Shown: positions 28,251 to 38,096 of the stretch, in pieces | How the letters are laid out: each line of letters begins with the position of its first letter | Position numbering within the stretch: position 1 is the stretch's first letter | Assembly (NCBI GenBank): GCA_022750415.1 | Contig: JAKIVT010000002.1 | Coordinates: 2,754 to 66,753 of the forward strand | Length of the DNA: 64,000 bases | Reading direction: 5' to 3' | From: Thermoplasmata archaeon | Lineage (GTDB): Archaea; Thermoplasmatota; Thermoplasmata; Lutacidiplasmatales; UBA184 | Position numbers and translations under genes: made by a program | Notes under the pieces: generated by a model | The model's input: the letters and a program-made list of their open reading frames with translations, nothing else | What the model was told of the DNA's origin: nothing | The model's database searches: none

Positions 28251-28718
28251 TCAGTTCAGTTTCTTGCCCCGACCGATCTTTTCCAGGGCGGCCGCGACGC
28301 GCCGATCTCGGGTGGCATCCTGCTTGGCATCGGCGACCCACCGCGAGTACGCCAATCGCTGCGACGCCGTGAAGTTCGCAAAGTTCGCAGCGGCCGAAGG
28401 TTCGCGATCGAGAGCGCGACGAAGCGAGGGGGGGACGTCGACCACGACGGGACGCGCATCGAGTTCGAGCTCCAGCCGAACGGGCGCCCCGTCGGACTTC
28501 CCGATCCGGTCCCGCACTTCCGAATTGACGACCACGAAGAGTTCGCCCCCGCCGCGGGGAATCAGCGAGCTCCGGAACGGAACTCCGTCGATCGTCCCCT
28601 TCACCCGGAGGCGGGCGCGGAAACCGGCTCTCTTCGCCGCATTCTTGGGCACGGGAGCGAATGTCCACGCGCCCACCACGTCGGGTCGCTTCAGCTTGGA
28701 CGTGAACGACGTCCTCAT
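28251..28718 (-). CDS. DUF1905 + YdeI/OmpD-associated (OmdA) domain protein
   Basis: WTF..VP, RVKGTIDG.PFRSSL.P.G.G, VP..L..AL....A...F...T.SQR..Y..W...AK...TR.RR. Confidence 0.88.
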   Translation of the reverse strand: MRTSFTSKLKRPDVVGAWTFAPVPKNAAKRAGFRARLRVKGTIDGVPFRSSLIPRGGGELFVVVNSEVRDRIGKSDGAPVRLELELDARPVVVDVPPSLRRALDREPSAAANFANFTASQRLAYSRWVADAKQDATRDRRVAAALEKIGRGKKLN

Positions 28719-28940
28719 CGGGAGACGGCACCCGAGAACGGAATTAGACCTTTCACCCGAGGAACGGTACGCCCTATTTTCCACTTCGAGGGCTGTCTGG
28801 TACTACGCCAGGGAAATCTCCGTTCTTTGGAGTCGACCCAGCCTTCCCCGAGGCGAATGCTCCCGCTCTTTCGGATCCGGGACGACCATCCGTTACTGGG
28901 GCCCTCGCACTCGCCCGAATCCTGCCCGAGGTGCTGGGGG

Positions 28941-28966
28941 TCCGTGCGGGGAGAGGGATTCGAACC
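28941..28966. repeat. direct repeat of the tRNA-Leu 3' end (att-like)
   Basis: TCCGTGCGGGGAGAGGGATTCGAACC vs TCCGTGCGGGGAGAGGGATTTGAACC at 32620-32645; 25 of 26 identical. Confidence 0.85.
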
Positions 28967-29023
28967 GCCCGGCGGTTCAAATCCCATCTGAGACACCCCC
29001 GGCTACTCGACCTCCTAAGGATC

Positions 29024-32000
29024 TCACTCATGCCAAGGCGGAAACTTCCCCCTCCGCACCAACGCGGCAACGATGGCCGCCCCGACCACCCCGGCGGCGA
29101 GCCCGGTCAATCCCACGCCCGCCCACTCCCAAGGGGTAATCCCCTGGGTGACCGCTCCCGTGGGTGCCACGAGGGCGGGGGTCACCACCAAGGTGGCGTT
29201 CCCAAACACCATCTGTCCGTGAGAATCGTTCACGGCCAGTCCCACCGCGTAGGTGCCGACAGCGGTTGGTCGGCATTCGAGAGTCTCGTTCGAGGATGTC
29301 CCACATCCGGGCGGGAGGCCCGCATAGCGGAACTCATACGGCGCCTTTCCCCCCGTGACCGCCGCGAGCAAAGTCGAGGTGCCGCCGAGGGCAACTGTCT
29401 CCGGCACCGCGGTGAACGCGGCCAGCGCCAATGGCGGTCCGGAGGGCACCGCTGGAGTGGAAACCGAGAGGCCGAACGAGGCCCGGACCCCCATTCCCAG
29501 AGCATCGGTCGCGACCACCTCCACCTGGTAGACCCCCGACCGATTCGGCGCGCACGCGAAGCTCGACAGATTAGACGACGAACAACCGGATGGAAGGCCC
29601 GTCCATGCATAGGAGTACGGGGCTACCCCCCCGCCGACGACGGCCACAAGTTCCGTGGACGCATTCACGTCGACGCTTGAGGGGCTCGCGAACGCTTCCG
29701 TGATCGTCGGGAGCGCGACGACCTCCAATCCGACCACTTCCGAACTCGACCCTCCGGCCGCGTCCCTCGCGCTCACCGTCACGACGAACGTGCCGACGCC
29801 TGTCGGCGTGCAGGAGAGATTCGAGGAGTTGTACGACTCGCAGCCCGTCGGCAGTCCGACATAGGAATACGTCACCGCTCCGGGATCCGGCCCCCCCTCC
29901 ACCGCGATATGGAACGCGGTCGGGGTGTCCACCTCCGTCGGATCCGGCGCGGCGAATGCCGCCGTCACCGCTAGGGGTCCCGCGACGGTCCACGCAAGCG
30001 CGGAAGACCAGCTGTAACCGACGGAGTCCGTGACGCTGAGGGCCGTCCGATACCCCCCGGTGTGGGTCGGAAGGCACACGAGCGTCGAGGTGTTCTGGCT
30101 CGCACAGCCGGCGGGAAGCCCCGTATACACGAACGAATACGGCGGCGTCCCGTTTTCGACAACAGCCGACAAGGTGACCGGGAGTCCGACCTCTGCGGGA
30201 GTCGCTCCGAAACTGGCGATGTAGGGGGCGTCGGCAATGATATTGATGGCGGCCGCGTTCCAATTCGTCACGTCGACCTGTCGCGTCGTCGGCACGTACG
30301 CAATCCCCTCGGGAGTCTGGGCGACCGGCAAGTCAGACCCTAGGCGAAGGTTCGTCCCCGCGTCCACCACCGTCACTGTGTTCCCGTTCGCATTCCCGCT
30401 AAAGACCAGATTGTCCTGAGGATCGAACGCAAGGACTGCCGGACCGCTCCCGACGCTGACGTTCGCCGTCACGATCCCGGTCGCCGCGTCGAGGACGGTC
30501 AGCTTGTTCGAACCGGTATCCGCCACGTACACGCATCCGCTCTGAGGGTCGTACAGCAGCCCTTGGGGATTCGATCCCACCGCGACCCCTGAAATCTGGA
30601 CCCGGTCGCTCGACCCGTTCACGACCGTCACGTTCCCCGACCCAAGGTTGCTCACGAACACGAGGTCAAGAGCCGGGTCCACCGCGACTCCGTACGGGTC
30701 CGAGCCCACCGGGATGGGGGCGTGCGCTTGCCGTAGCGTCGACGCATTGAGGACACTAAGAGTGTCGTTGCCACCGTCCGCGATGTAAACTTCGCCGTTG
30801 ACCGGGTCGTACGCGACTCCATAGGGATGCCATCCCACAGGGACCGAGGCGTTCAGCACGGTTCCGTTCCCCGTATCGATGACGCTCATTGAAGCGTTCC
30901 AGTAATTCGTCACGAACAGTCGATGGTCCGGGGAGTCGTACGCGAGACCGCTCGGGCTACCTCCGGTCGAGATTCCCCCAAGTATGGACGGGCTTGTGGT
31001 CGGGTCGATGACGGAAACGCCGGTGTACCAAGCCGTGTATGCAGCGGTGTACACCAATCCGCTGTCAGGGTCGTATATCCCCTGGAGGTAGTATGCACCG
31101 ACGAGGCTGGATTCTCCGGCTGGCAGGTCGGTGGACCCATTGATCCGTTCCACCGAGTCCAGCTCGGCATTGACGGCAACAGCGAACCGACTCACTGGAT
31201 CGTAAACCACTCCCGTGAGCAGGCCCCCTCCGACAGCGCGTACTCCTTGAGTTCTCAGAGTGTCGTTACCACCATACAGTACGGCCAGCCCAGTAGGTGA
31301 GGAGCTCGCATACAACTCATCTGTGAGTGGGTTCACTGCGAGTGACCCCACCGCCCCCGATGAAATTTCAGTAATCGGGGCGAAGGTTGTGCCGTTGTAC
31401 GCCAAAATCCAGCTCCCGTCAAGAACATAAATTTGCCTGTTAACTACATCATATACTATGTCAGTCGCGCCGCCAATCCATGAGTTCGTGAAATTTGTCA
31501 CCACCTTCTGCGTTACATCGTCGATCGCATAGACGGCCCCTGGCTGCTCGTTGAACGCATTCGAGAATTGAGCAACCCCCAGCATGCGATGGATTGCGGA
31601 ATCATATGTGAGCCCCTGATTGTCCCAGCCGGGGACGGTTATTTTCGCGACGACAGTACCGTTCTCTCCGCCGATTGCAGTAACATTCTGGTCACCTCCA
31701 CCTACGTAGATCAGGTGGTTCGAGGGGTCGTACTGCAGAGCCCACGGAGCGGATAGCTTGACGACATGCTGCACAACTGCGGTGGTTGCGTTCAGAAGCG
31801 TCACTGAGTCCGCCGAAACCGCAGCGACGGCCAGCACATTGTCGAACGGGTCGTACGCCAGCGCCTCGGGGGCGCTGACGGCCCCGCTGAGATTTTGCTG
31901 GTAGGCGGAGATTGGAATCGAGATCGCGCGAGTCTCGTTCCCGGTCGATCCGTCCACGGCGTAGATCGAACTCCCCTGGGAGTCCCCGAACCAGACTTCG

Positions 32001-32371
32001 CCTGTGGCGCCATCGAACGTTCCTCCCCAAGCGTACGCTGGACTAGACGGTTGGTGGTCACCCTGTTCCACGGACGAATTGATGGCATCTAGAGTATACG
32101 ATGTCCGGACCGGAATCCAAGGCGAGCTCGAGGGGTGAAGGCCAGAGTCCGATGTGGGATGAGGCGATGCATCCCAAACGCGAACTTCGCCTGAAAAGTG
32201 CCCTGCGCCGCCCATCGGCGGGGACGGGAGTCGGAATGTGACGACGTACCCGCGGTCCAGTCCGGATGCCGGAGAACTCAGCCCAGTCACGGACGACTGG
32301 ACGACCAAAGCGAAGACCGCGACCGCGACCAAAATGGCGGTCCAGCGTACGCGGGAAGTAAGGGCATTCAT
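29024..32371 (-). CDS. YncE/YVTN-type beta-propeller surface protein with C-terminal PKD-like repeats and TM anchor
   Basis: Repeated VG..P.G.AYDP....VYV.N.G...V.V; 4x PY.Y.YTGLP.GC.S.N...L.C.PT..G.Y; signal peptide and C-terminal TM. Confidence 0.88.
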   Translation of the reverse strand: MNALTSRVRWTAILVAVAVFALVVQSSVTGLSSPASGLDRGYVVTFRLPSPPMGGAGHFSGEVRVWDASPHPTSDSGLHPSSSPWIPVRTSYTLDAINSSVEQGDHQPSSPAYAWGGTFDGATGEVWFGDSQGSSIYAVDGSTGNETRAISIPISAYQQNLSGAVSAPEALAYDPFDNVLAVAAVSADSVTLLNATTAVVQHVVKLSAPWALQYDPSNHLIYVGGGDQNVTAIGGENGTVVAKITVPGWDNQGLTYDSAIHRMLGVAQFSNAFNEQPGAVYAIDDVTQKVVTNFTNSWIGGATDIVYDVVNRQIYVLDGSWILAYNGTTFAPITEISSGAVGSLAVNPLTDELYASSSPTGLAVLYGGNDTLRTQGVRAVGGGLLTGVVYDPVSRFAVAVNAELDSVERINGSTDLPAGESSLVGAYYLQGIYDPDSGLVYTAAYTAWYTGVSVIDPTTSPSILGGISTGGSPSGLAYDSPDHRLFVTNYWNASMSVIDTGNGTVLNASVPVGWHPYGVAYDPVNGEVYIADGGNDTLSVLNASTLRQAHAPIPVGSDPYGVAVDPALDLVFVSNLGSGNVTVVNGSSDRVQISGVAVGSNPQGLLYDPQSGCVYVADTGSNKLTVLDAATGIVTANVSVGSGPAVLAFDPQDNLVFSGNANGNTVTVVDAGTNLRLGSDLPVAQTPEGIAYVPTTRQVDVTNWNAAAINIIADAPYIASFGATPAEVGLPVTLSAVVENGTPPYSFVYTGLPAGCASQNTSTLVCLPTHTGGYRTALSVTDSVGYSWSSALAWTVAGPLAVTAAFAAPDPTEVDTPTAFHIAVEGGPDPGAVTYSYVGLPTGCESYNSSNLSCTPTGVGTFVVTVSARDAAGGSSSEVVGLEVVALPTITEAFASPSSVDVNASTELVAVVGGGVAPYSYAWTGLPSGCSSSNLSSFACAPNRSGVYQVEVVATDALGMGVRASFGLSVSTPAVPSGPPLALAAFTAVPETVALGGTSTLLAAVTGGKAPYEFRYAGLPPGCGTSSNETLECRPTAVGTYAVGLAVNDSHGQMVFGNATLVVTPALVAPTGAVTQGITPWEWAGVGLTGLAAGVVGAAIVAALVRRGKFPPWHE

Positions 32372-32623
32372 CGTACGACTAGCGCCAGCTCCCCCATCGG
32401 GACCATAGGCAGGGGGAATCGTGAGGCTAGCGGTCGTCCGGCGGGCATGAATTACGAACCGATTGTCCCGACAAGGACGCCGGGCTCATGCGGTCAGGCT
32501 TGAACCGCCTGGCATTCGAATCCCTGAGGCCCGGGTTCGGATTACACGGTGTAGGAAGGATTCGGGCGCGAGGACGGTTCGGGCACCGTTCACGAGCGTC
32601 GAAAGGATGATAACTGGGTTCCG

Positions 32624-32708
32624 TGCGGGGAGAGGGATTTGAACCCACGAACTCCTACGAGACCAGACCCTGAATCTGGCGCCTTTGACCAAGCTGGGCG
32701 ATCCCCGC
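32624..32708 (-). tRNA. tRNA-Leu (CAG)
   Basis: GCGGGGATCGCCCAGCTTGGTCAAAGGCG-CCAGA TT CAG GG TCTGG-long variable arm-GTGGGTTCAAATCCCTCTCCCCGCA; CCA not encoded. Confidence 0.96.
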
Positions 32709-32760
32709 GCGGTCGTCTTCTACCGGCCGCGAGATAAGAAACCTTGCGACGGAGGGGGGC

Positions 32761-33582
32761 TCAGGCGACGCCCGGGGTGACCGACGCCTTCGGCGACGTC
32801 GTCGCCTCGTGGAAGAGCGCGGCTGCCTCTCGAACCGTGGCGCCCTGGTGCACAATCGCCCGAAGGGCCTTCAGCATGGCCACGGGGTGCTCCGACTGCC
32901 AGATGTTCCGCCCCATGTCGATTCCTTTCGCCCCCTCGGCGATGGCCCCGTGGGCGAGCGTGAGGGCGGCTTCGATCGAGTCGAGCTTAGGCCCCCCGGC
33001 CACAACGACCGGGACCGGGCACGAATCAACGACCTTCGAGAATCCCTCGCAATAGTACGTCTTGACGATGTGCGCTCCGAGCTCCGCCGACACCCGGCAA
33101 GCGAGGGCGAGGTAGCGGGCGTCCCGCTTTTCGAGCTCCTTCCCGACCGCCGTGATAGCGAGAACCGGCATGCCGTAGGTCTGGCCGTCGTCGACGAGCT
33201 TCGCTAGGTTCGCGAGCGACTGGTGCTCGTGGGCCGAGCCCACGAAGACCGAGAGGGCGACGGCCGAGACGTTCAGTCGCACCGCCTCCTGGATCGACGT
33301 GGTGATCGTCTCCTCCGAGAGGTCGTCCTTCAGGATCGTAACGCCCCCCGAGACGCGGAGGACGATCGGGGTCGAGGTCGTCGGAGGGACCGAGGTCCGC
33401 AGGATCCCCCGGGTCAGGGCGAGGGCGTCGGCGTACGGGAGGAGGGGAAGGATCGTCGCCTTGGCGTTCTCGAGGTTCCGCGTCGGCCCCATGAAGTAGC
33501 CGTGGTCGACGGCGAGCATCACGGAGTTCCCGGAGCTCGAGGGGAACATCCGGTCGATCCGGTTGCTGAGCCCCCAGTCCAT
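32761..33582 (-). CDS. lsrF: LsrF-like class I aldolase/thiolase (DhnA family)
   Basis: MDWGL.NRI.R.F....G.SVMLAVDHGYFMGPT, ELGAHIVKTYYC, GA.GIDMGRNIWQ. Confidence 0.85.
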   Translation of the reverse strand: MDWGLSNRIDRMFPSSSGNSVMLAVDHGYFMGPTRNLENAKATILPLLPYADALALTRGILRTSVPPTTSTPIVLRVSGGVTILKDDLSEETITTSIQEAVRLNVSAVALSVFVGSAHEHQSLANLAKLVDDGQTYGMPVLAITAVGKELEKRDARYLALACRVSAELGAHIVKTYYCEGFSKVVDSCPVPVVVAGGPKLDSIEAALTLAHGAIAEGAKGIDMGRNIWQSEHPVAMLKALRAIVHQGATVREAAALFHEATTSPKASVTPGVA

Positions 33583-33616
33583 CGGTGCCTCGGTCCGGGC
33601 ACCCGGGAAGCGGCTC

Positions 33617-34111
33617 TTATGCGTTGCCCGCCGACCGTTCGGTCGACCGGACCGGGATCGGGACCCGCCGGTCCTCCTTCACGCGGTTGAGGACGACCTG
33701 CGTGTTGGTCCGCTCCACCTGGGGGTCCTGGAGGGCGTGCTTGACGAACCGGTCCAAGTCCCGGCGATCCCGGAACCGGCCGATGAGGAGCGCGTCGAAG
33801 TCCCCCGTGACGTCGTAGATCGCGTACGCCCTCGGGTCCTTGCCAAGCCGCTCCTCCACCTCGCGCAGCTTCCCCTTCGAGATCCGGATCCCGATGGTCG
33901 CGGAGAGCTCCCAGCCCAGCGCTTCGTCGTCGAGGAGGGGGATGTACCCCCGGATCACCCCGTCCCGCTCCATCCGGTCGATCCGCATCCCCACCGTCGT
34001 GGGGGAGACCTTCAGGCGTTCCGCGATCTCTCGGTGGCTGCGCCGGGCGTCAACGTTCAACTCTTCCAAGATCCCGCGGTCGAGGACGTCGAGGCTGGAC
34101 GTTCGTCCCAT
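33617..34111 (-). CDS. Lrp/AsnC-family transcriptional regulator, divergent from glnA
   Basis: LD.LDR.IL.EL..DAR.S..EIA..L.VS..TV..RI..ME..GVI.GY; YDVTGDFD. Confidence 0.93.
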   Translation of the reverse strand: MGRTSSLDVLDRGILEELNVDARRSHREIAERLKVSPTTVGMRIDRMERDGVIRGYIPLLDDEALGWELSATIGIRISKGKLREVEERLGKDPRAYAIYDVTGDFDALLIGRFRDRRDLDRFVKHALQDPQVERTNTQVVLNRVKEDRRVPIPVRSTERSAGNA

Positions 34112-34257
34112 AGAATATCAGCATAGCGGCCGAATTCATTAGTCTATCGCTGAATACTGGACGCGCGGCCAAATTCGAAGCACGAGGGTTCTTGTAGGCG
34201 GGCTTCGTGCGGAGCGCCGAGGGGCGTCGGATGGCGGTCGCAGAGCGTTCGATGGGG

Positions 34258-35712
34258 ATGGCAGGAGAGTCGCGGGCGGAACACGGAGTGCGGGTGCTTG
34301 AGGAGATCCACGCGCGCAAGCTGCGATGGGTCGAATTGTTCTACACCGACCTCCTCGGCGGGTACAACCACCTCCACATTCCGTCGGACACGCTCGACGA
34401 GGACTCGTTCGTCGGCGGAATCCCGAAGCTCGACGGTTCCTCGGTCCGCGGGTTCCGCGAGATCTTCGAGTCGGACATGATCCTCCTCCCCGACCCCTCG
34501 ACGTTCGGCGTCATCCCCTGGGGGGCCGAGTACGGCGGCTCCGCGCGGTTCATCTGCGACATCCTCACCGGCGGTGCGAAGCTCGCCTACACCCACGACC
34601 CCCGGGGCATCGCGCGCCGGACCAACGCCGTCCTCGCCGACGCCGGCTACGACCTCTCCTACTGGGGCCCGGAGATCGAGTTCTTCGTCTTCGACTCGGT
34701 GAAGCTCATTCCGTCCGCGGACTCCGTCCGGGACGCGTGGGGCGGCGCCGGCTACCTCATCGAGAGCGCCGAGGCTCCCTGGGCCGCGGCCGACGGCCAC
34801 GGCTCGATCCGGTTCAAGGAAGGGTACCACCGGGCCGCCCCCCACGACGCGCTCGAGGGGATGCGGAGCGAGATCTGCAACATCCTCGCCGACGATTTCC
34901 ACATCCGGATGGACGCCCACCACCACGAGGTGGCGACCGCCGGCCAGGGCGAGATCAACATCCGGTTCGATGAGTTGATTCCCGCCGCCGACCACGTGCA
35001 GGACGTTCGGTTCGTGATCAAGAACGTCGCCGCCCAGCACGGCAAGGTCGCCTCGTTCATGCCGAAACCGGTGTTCGGCGACAACGGCATCGGGATGCAC
35101 ATGAACCAGTCGCTGTGGAGCGGCGGCTCGAACGCGTTCTACGACCCGAACGACGCGTACGCGGAGGTCAGCCAGACCTGCCGGTACTACGTCGGCGGGC
35201 TCCTCGCCCACGCCCGAGCGCTCTGCGCGATCACGAACCCGACCACCAACTCCTACCGGCGGCTCGTCCCCGGGTACGAGGCCCCCGTGTTCATCGCCTG
35301 GAGCCGGTCGAACCGGTCGGCGAACGTCCGGATCCCGTTCTACCACAAGGGCCGGATGGCGGCGAAGCGGGTCGAGTACCGGACCCCCGACTCGGCAGCG
35401 AACATCTACCTCACCGAGGCGGCGCTCTCGATGGCCGGCCTCGATGGGATCCGGCGGAAAATCGAGCCTCCGGCGCCGGTCGATGCGGACATCTACAAGC
35501 TGACGCCGGCGCGGCGGAAGGAGCTCGGCATCCGCGAGCTTCCCGGCTCGCTCGGCGAGGCGCTCGAGTGCCTCAGCTCCGACGACACCTTCCTGCACTC
35601 AGTGTTCGACTCCGAGGTGCTCGAGACGTTCTGCGAGATCAAGCGCGACGAGCAGCTCCAACTGAACCTGCGGCCGCACCCGTACGAGTTCTACCGGTAC
35701 CTCGACGTCTAG
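34258..35712 (+). CDS. glnA: glutamine synthetase type I
   Basis: DGSSVRGF, GPEIEFF, HHHEVA, FMPKP..GDNG.GMH, NSYRRLVPGYEAP, NRSA.VRIP, EYRTPD; start uncertain. Confidence 0.96.
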   Translation: MAGESRAEHGVRVLEEIHARKLRWVELFYTDLLGGYNHLHIPSDTLDEDSFVGGIPKLDGSSVRGFREIFESDMILLPDPSTFGVIPWGAEYGGSARFICDILTGGAKLAYTHDPRGIARRTNAVLADAGYDLSYWGPEIEFFVFDSVKLIPSADSVRDAWGGAGYLIESAEAPWAAADGHGSIRFKEGYHRAAPHDALEGMRSEICNILADDFHIRMDAHHHEVATAGQGEINIRFDELIPAADHVQDVRFVIKNVAAQHGKVASFMPKPVFGDNGIGMHMNQSLWSGGSNAFYDPNDAYAEVSQTCRYYVGGLLAHARALCAITNPTTNSYRRLVPGYEAPVFIAWSRSNRSANVRIPFYHKGRMAAKRVEYRTPDSAANIYLTEAALSMAGLDGIRRKIEPPAPVDADIYKLTPARRKELGIRELPGSLGEALECLSSDDTFLHSVFDSEVLETFCEIKRDEQLQLNLRPHPYEFYRYLDV

Positions 35713-35863
35713 GCACGGGAGTTCGCCGGAGGACCCGTTAAGGGTCCTCCCCAGTTCCTCCGTCGGATGGCCGCCGGCCGCCCGGACTTCGGTTCGTTCG
35801 CGGCCCGGCCACCGGTGGAGCGCGACGCGTAACTCCGGCGGGATCCATCGAGGAGGTCGGAGC

Positions 35864-37408
35864 TTGGGCAACGCCACCGAATGGACCAACGGACGGATCT
35901 TCACCGGCCAGCGCTACGTCGCCGCTGTCCTCGGCGAAGAGGGCCGGATCGTCGTGGCCGGCTCCGCCCGAGCGGTTCGGCGGGCACGTCCGACCGGCGC
36001 CGAACGGGTCGACCTTCGAGGACGTCTGGCCGTCCCCGGGCTCGTCGACGCCCACCTGCACCTCGCGGAGAGTGCCCGCGCTGCCCTCGGCGTGAATCTC
36101 CGGGGGACCCGGTCCCTCCGGGAGGTCGGCGACCGAGTCCAGCGATGGGCGGACCGGCACCCCCGCGGGCCGGTCGTGGGTGGGGGGTGGGAGGAAGCCG
36201 GATTCCCCGAGCACCGGTATCCCAGCGCCCGGGACCTTTCCGATTGGGTCGGGGATCGCCCCGCTGCGCTCTACCGGGTCTGCCACCACGCGGCCGTCGC
36301 GAGCTCGAGCTTGTTGGACGTCCTCGAAATCGGACCGGATTCCCCCGACCCCCCGGGAGGTCGGATTGGCCGGGCCGCGGACGGGACTCCCGACGGGATG
36401 CTGTTCGACCACGCCCTGCGACCCCTCCAAGATTGGGTCGACCTGTCGTTCTCGACCCGCCCGGAAGCGATCTGGGATGTCCTCGACACCGCCGCCCGGT
36501 ACGGCCTCACCACCGTCGGCGCCGTGAGCGCCTCCCCCGCCGAGGTGGAGGCGACGGTCGGTCTGGCCGTGAGGTCGCCGCTCCCGGCCCGGGTGGTCTT
36601 CTATCTCCGGGCCGACGACCGTCAACGGTTTTCCGAACTCCGGAAACGCTCGCGCACTCCGTCGACCGACGTCGTCGGGGTGAAGGTCGTCGCTGACGGC
36701 GCGTTCGGGCCGCGGACGGCCTGGCTGGCCCGGCCCTATCACGACCGTCGGACGGAATCCGGGTTTCCGTTGCGGACCGACTCGGACCTCCGAGCGATCC
36801 TGTCGGAGTCGAACGACGCTGGGGCCGCGCTGGCGGTCCATGCCATCGGGGACCGGTGCCTCGCGGCGACCCTCGACGCGTTCGAGTCGATCCGACCGGC
36901 CCGCCGGCCGCGGATCGAGCACGCTTCGTTGACGCCGCCGACGTTGCGGCGTCGCCTGCGAACGATCCGGCCCTTCCTCGTGGTCCAACCCGGCTTCGTA
37001 CGCAGCGACGACTGGATCGTCGAGCGGCTCGGCCAGCGGAGGGCCCGCTGGACGTACGCGTTCGCCTCGTTCCTTCGCGACGGTCACGCTCCGGCGGGGT
37101 CGAGCGATTCTCCCGTGGAACCGCTCGACCCGTGGCTCGGCATCGCGTCCGCCGTCGGAGCTCGGGCCTCCACCGGCGCGCCGGAACGGGTGTCGCTCGA
37201 GTCAGCGCTCCAGTTCTACTCGGCGAACGGCGGGCCGGTCCTCGGTCACTCCGCCGTCGGTTCCCTGGAACCGGGGTCCGTCGCGGACGTGGTGGTGTCG
37301 CGGGCGAACACCCTGCGGTCGGCCGTATCGATCGGATCCCGGAACGTCGCTCGGGTGTACCGGGACGGGAGCCGGCTCCGGCCGCCCCCAGCCCCGGGCG
37401 GACGCTAA
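35864..37408 (+). CDS. amidohydrolase family 3 (YtcJ-like)
   Basis: DLRGR..VPGLVDAHLH, CHHAAVASS, K..ADGAFG.RTA, HAIGD, RIEHAS, SSD.PV. Confidence 0.88.
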   Translation: MGNATEWTNGRIFTGQRYVAAVLGEEGRIVVAGSARAVRRARPTGAERVDLRGRLAVPGLVDAHLHLAESARAALGVNLRGTRSLREVGDRVQRWADRHPRGPVVGGGWEEAGFPEHRYPSARDLSDWVGDRPAALYRVCHHAAVASSSLLDVLEIGPDSPDPPGGRIGRAADGTPDGMLFDHALRPLQDWVDLSFSTRPEAIWDVLDTAARYGLTTVGAVSASPAEVEATVGLAVRSPLPARVVFYLRADDRQRFSELRKRSRTPSTDVVGVKVVADGAFGPRTAWLARPYHDRRTESGFPLRTDSDLRAILSESNDAGAALAVHAIGDRCLAATLDAFESIRPARRPRIEHASLTPPTLRRRLRTIRPFLVVQPGFVRSDDWIVERLGQRRARWTYAFASFLRDGHAPAGSSDSPVEPLDPWLGIASAVGARASTGAPERVSLESALQFYSANGGPVLGHSAVGSLEPGSVADVVVSRANTLRSAVSIGSRNVARVYRDGSRLRPPPAPGGR

Positions 37409-37432
37409 GAACCCCCGGCCTCCTCGTCCAAC

Positions 37433-38080
37433 GTGGCCGACCCGTCCGGAGTTCCTCCGTTCAAGTCGTTCTCGGCGACGATGCGGGTCGACGTGCTGAT
37501 CTCCGACTGGCGGAGCGAGCTTGACCCGGAACTTTCCGTCGAGCAAAAGGAGACCGGACTGTACGGTCGCGCCTGGGAGGCGTACCAAGAGGGCGACTTT
37601 GGCTTCGGGCTTTGGCTGTGGCATGAGTGCGACCGGCTGCAGAACGCCTTTCAGGGTTCGGTCCGCGAAGTGACCCGCGTCGTCGGACCGGGCCGGTACT
37701 TCGGGTTCTCACACCGCAAGGCTGTGGCGGAGCGGGTGCCGCTCGAACGGGTCTATCGGCCCCGGAAGGGGGACATGAGCACTCCGCGGACGGACGCCTA
37801 CGTTCTGCCCCAATACCAGCTCCTCTGCGTCTACCTCGTCAAGGCCCAGAGCGGCGACCCGAAGTCGAAGGCGCTGCTCGAAATCTCCATCGGGGAGCTC
37901 GACGAACGGAGACGGGCCGACCGGTTCGTGACCCACTTCGAGACGTTCCGCCGCCTCCTGGAGCGACCGGCCGCTCCCGTGGCCCCGGCACCCGAGGTCG
38001 CGGCGCCGTCGACCGCCGCTCCGCCCCCGCCGGCCACGACGACACCGAAGAAGCGCGCGACGCGCCGCAAGGCGTCTTAG
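37433..38080 (+). CDS. hypothetical protein with a Pro/Ala linker and basic C-terminal tail
   Basis: Globular-looking N-terminal region; fills the gap between the amidohydrolase and truA. Confidence 0.65.
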   Translation: MADPSGVPPFKSFSATMRVDVLISDWRSELDPELSVEQKETGLYGRAWEAYQEGDFGFGLWLWHECDRLQNAFQGSVREVTRVVGPGRYFGFSHRKAVAERVPLERVYRPRKGDMSTPRTDAYVLPQYQLLCVYLVKAQSGDPKSKALLEISIGELDERRRADRFVTHFETFRRLLERPAAPVAPAPEVAAPSTAAPPPPATTTPKKRATRRKAS

Positions 38081-38096
38081 GGGCCGGGTCGGTCGG

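Larger units (their letters stand above)
28941..32645. mobile_element. putative tRNA-Leu-integrated islet with a single cargo gene and no integrase
   Basis: Flanking att-like direct repeat, bipartite inverted repeats, and visibly lower GC in about 31200-32200. Confidence 0.6.

Noticed and set aside
28730-28910. Lower-GC intergenic stretch as an integrase remnant
   Set aside because: No recognisable tyrosine-recombinase motif in any frame; cannot be supported without a search.
28941-28985. A second or split tRNA gene
   Set aside because: Only the 3' acceptor strand and T-arm match; no D-arm or anticodon arm is present.
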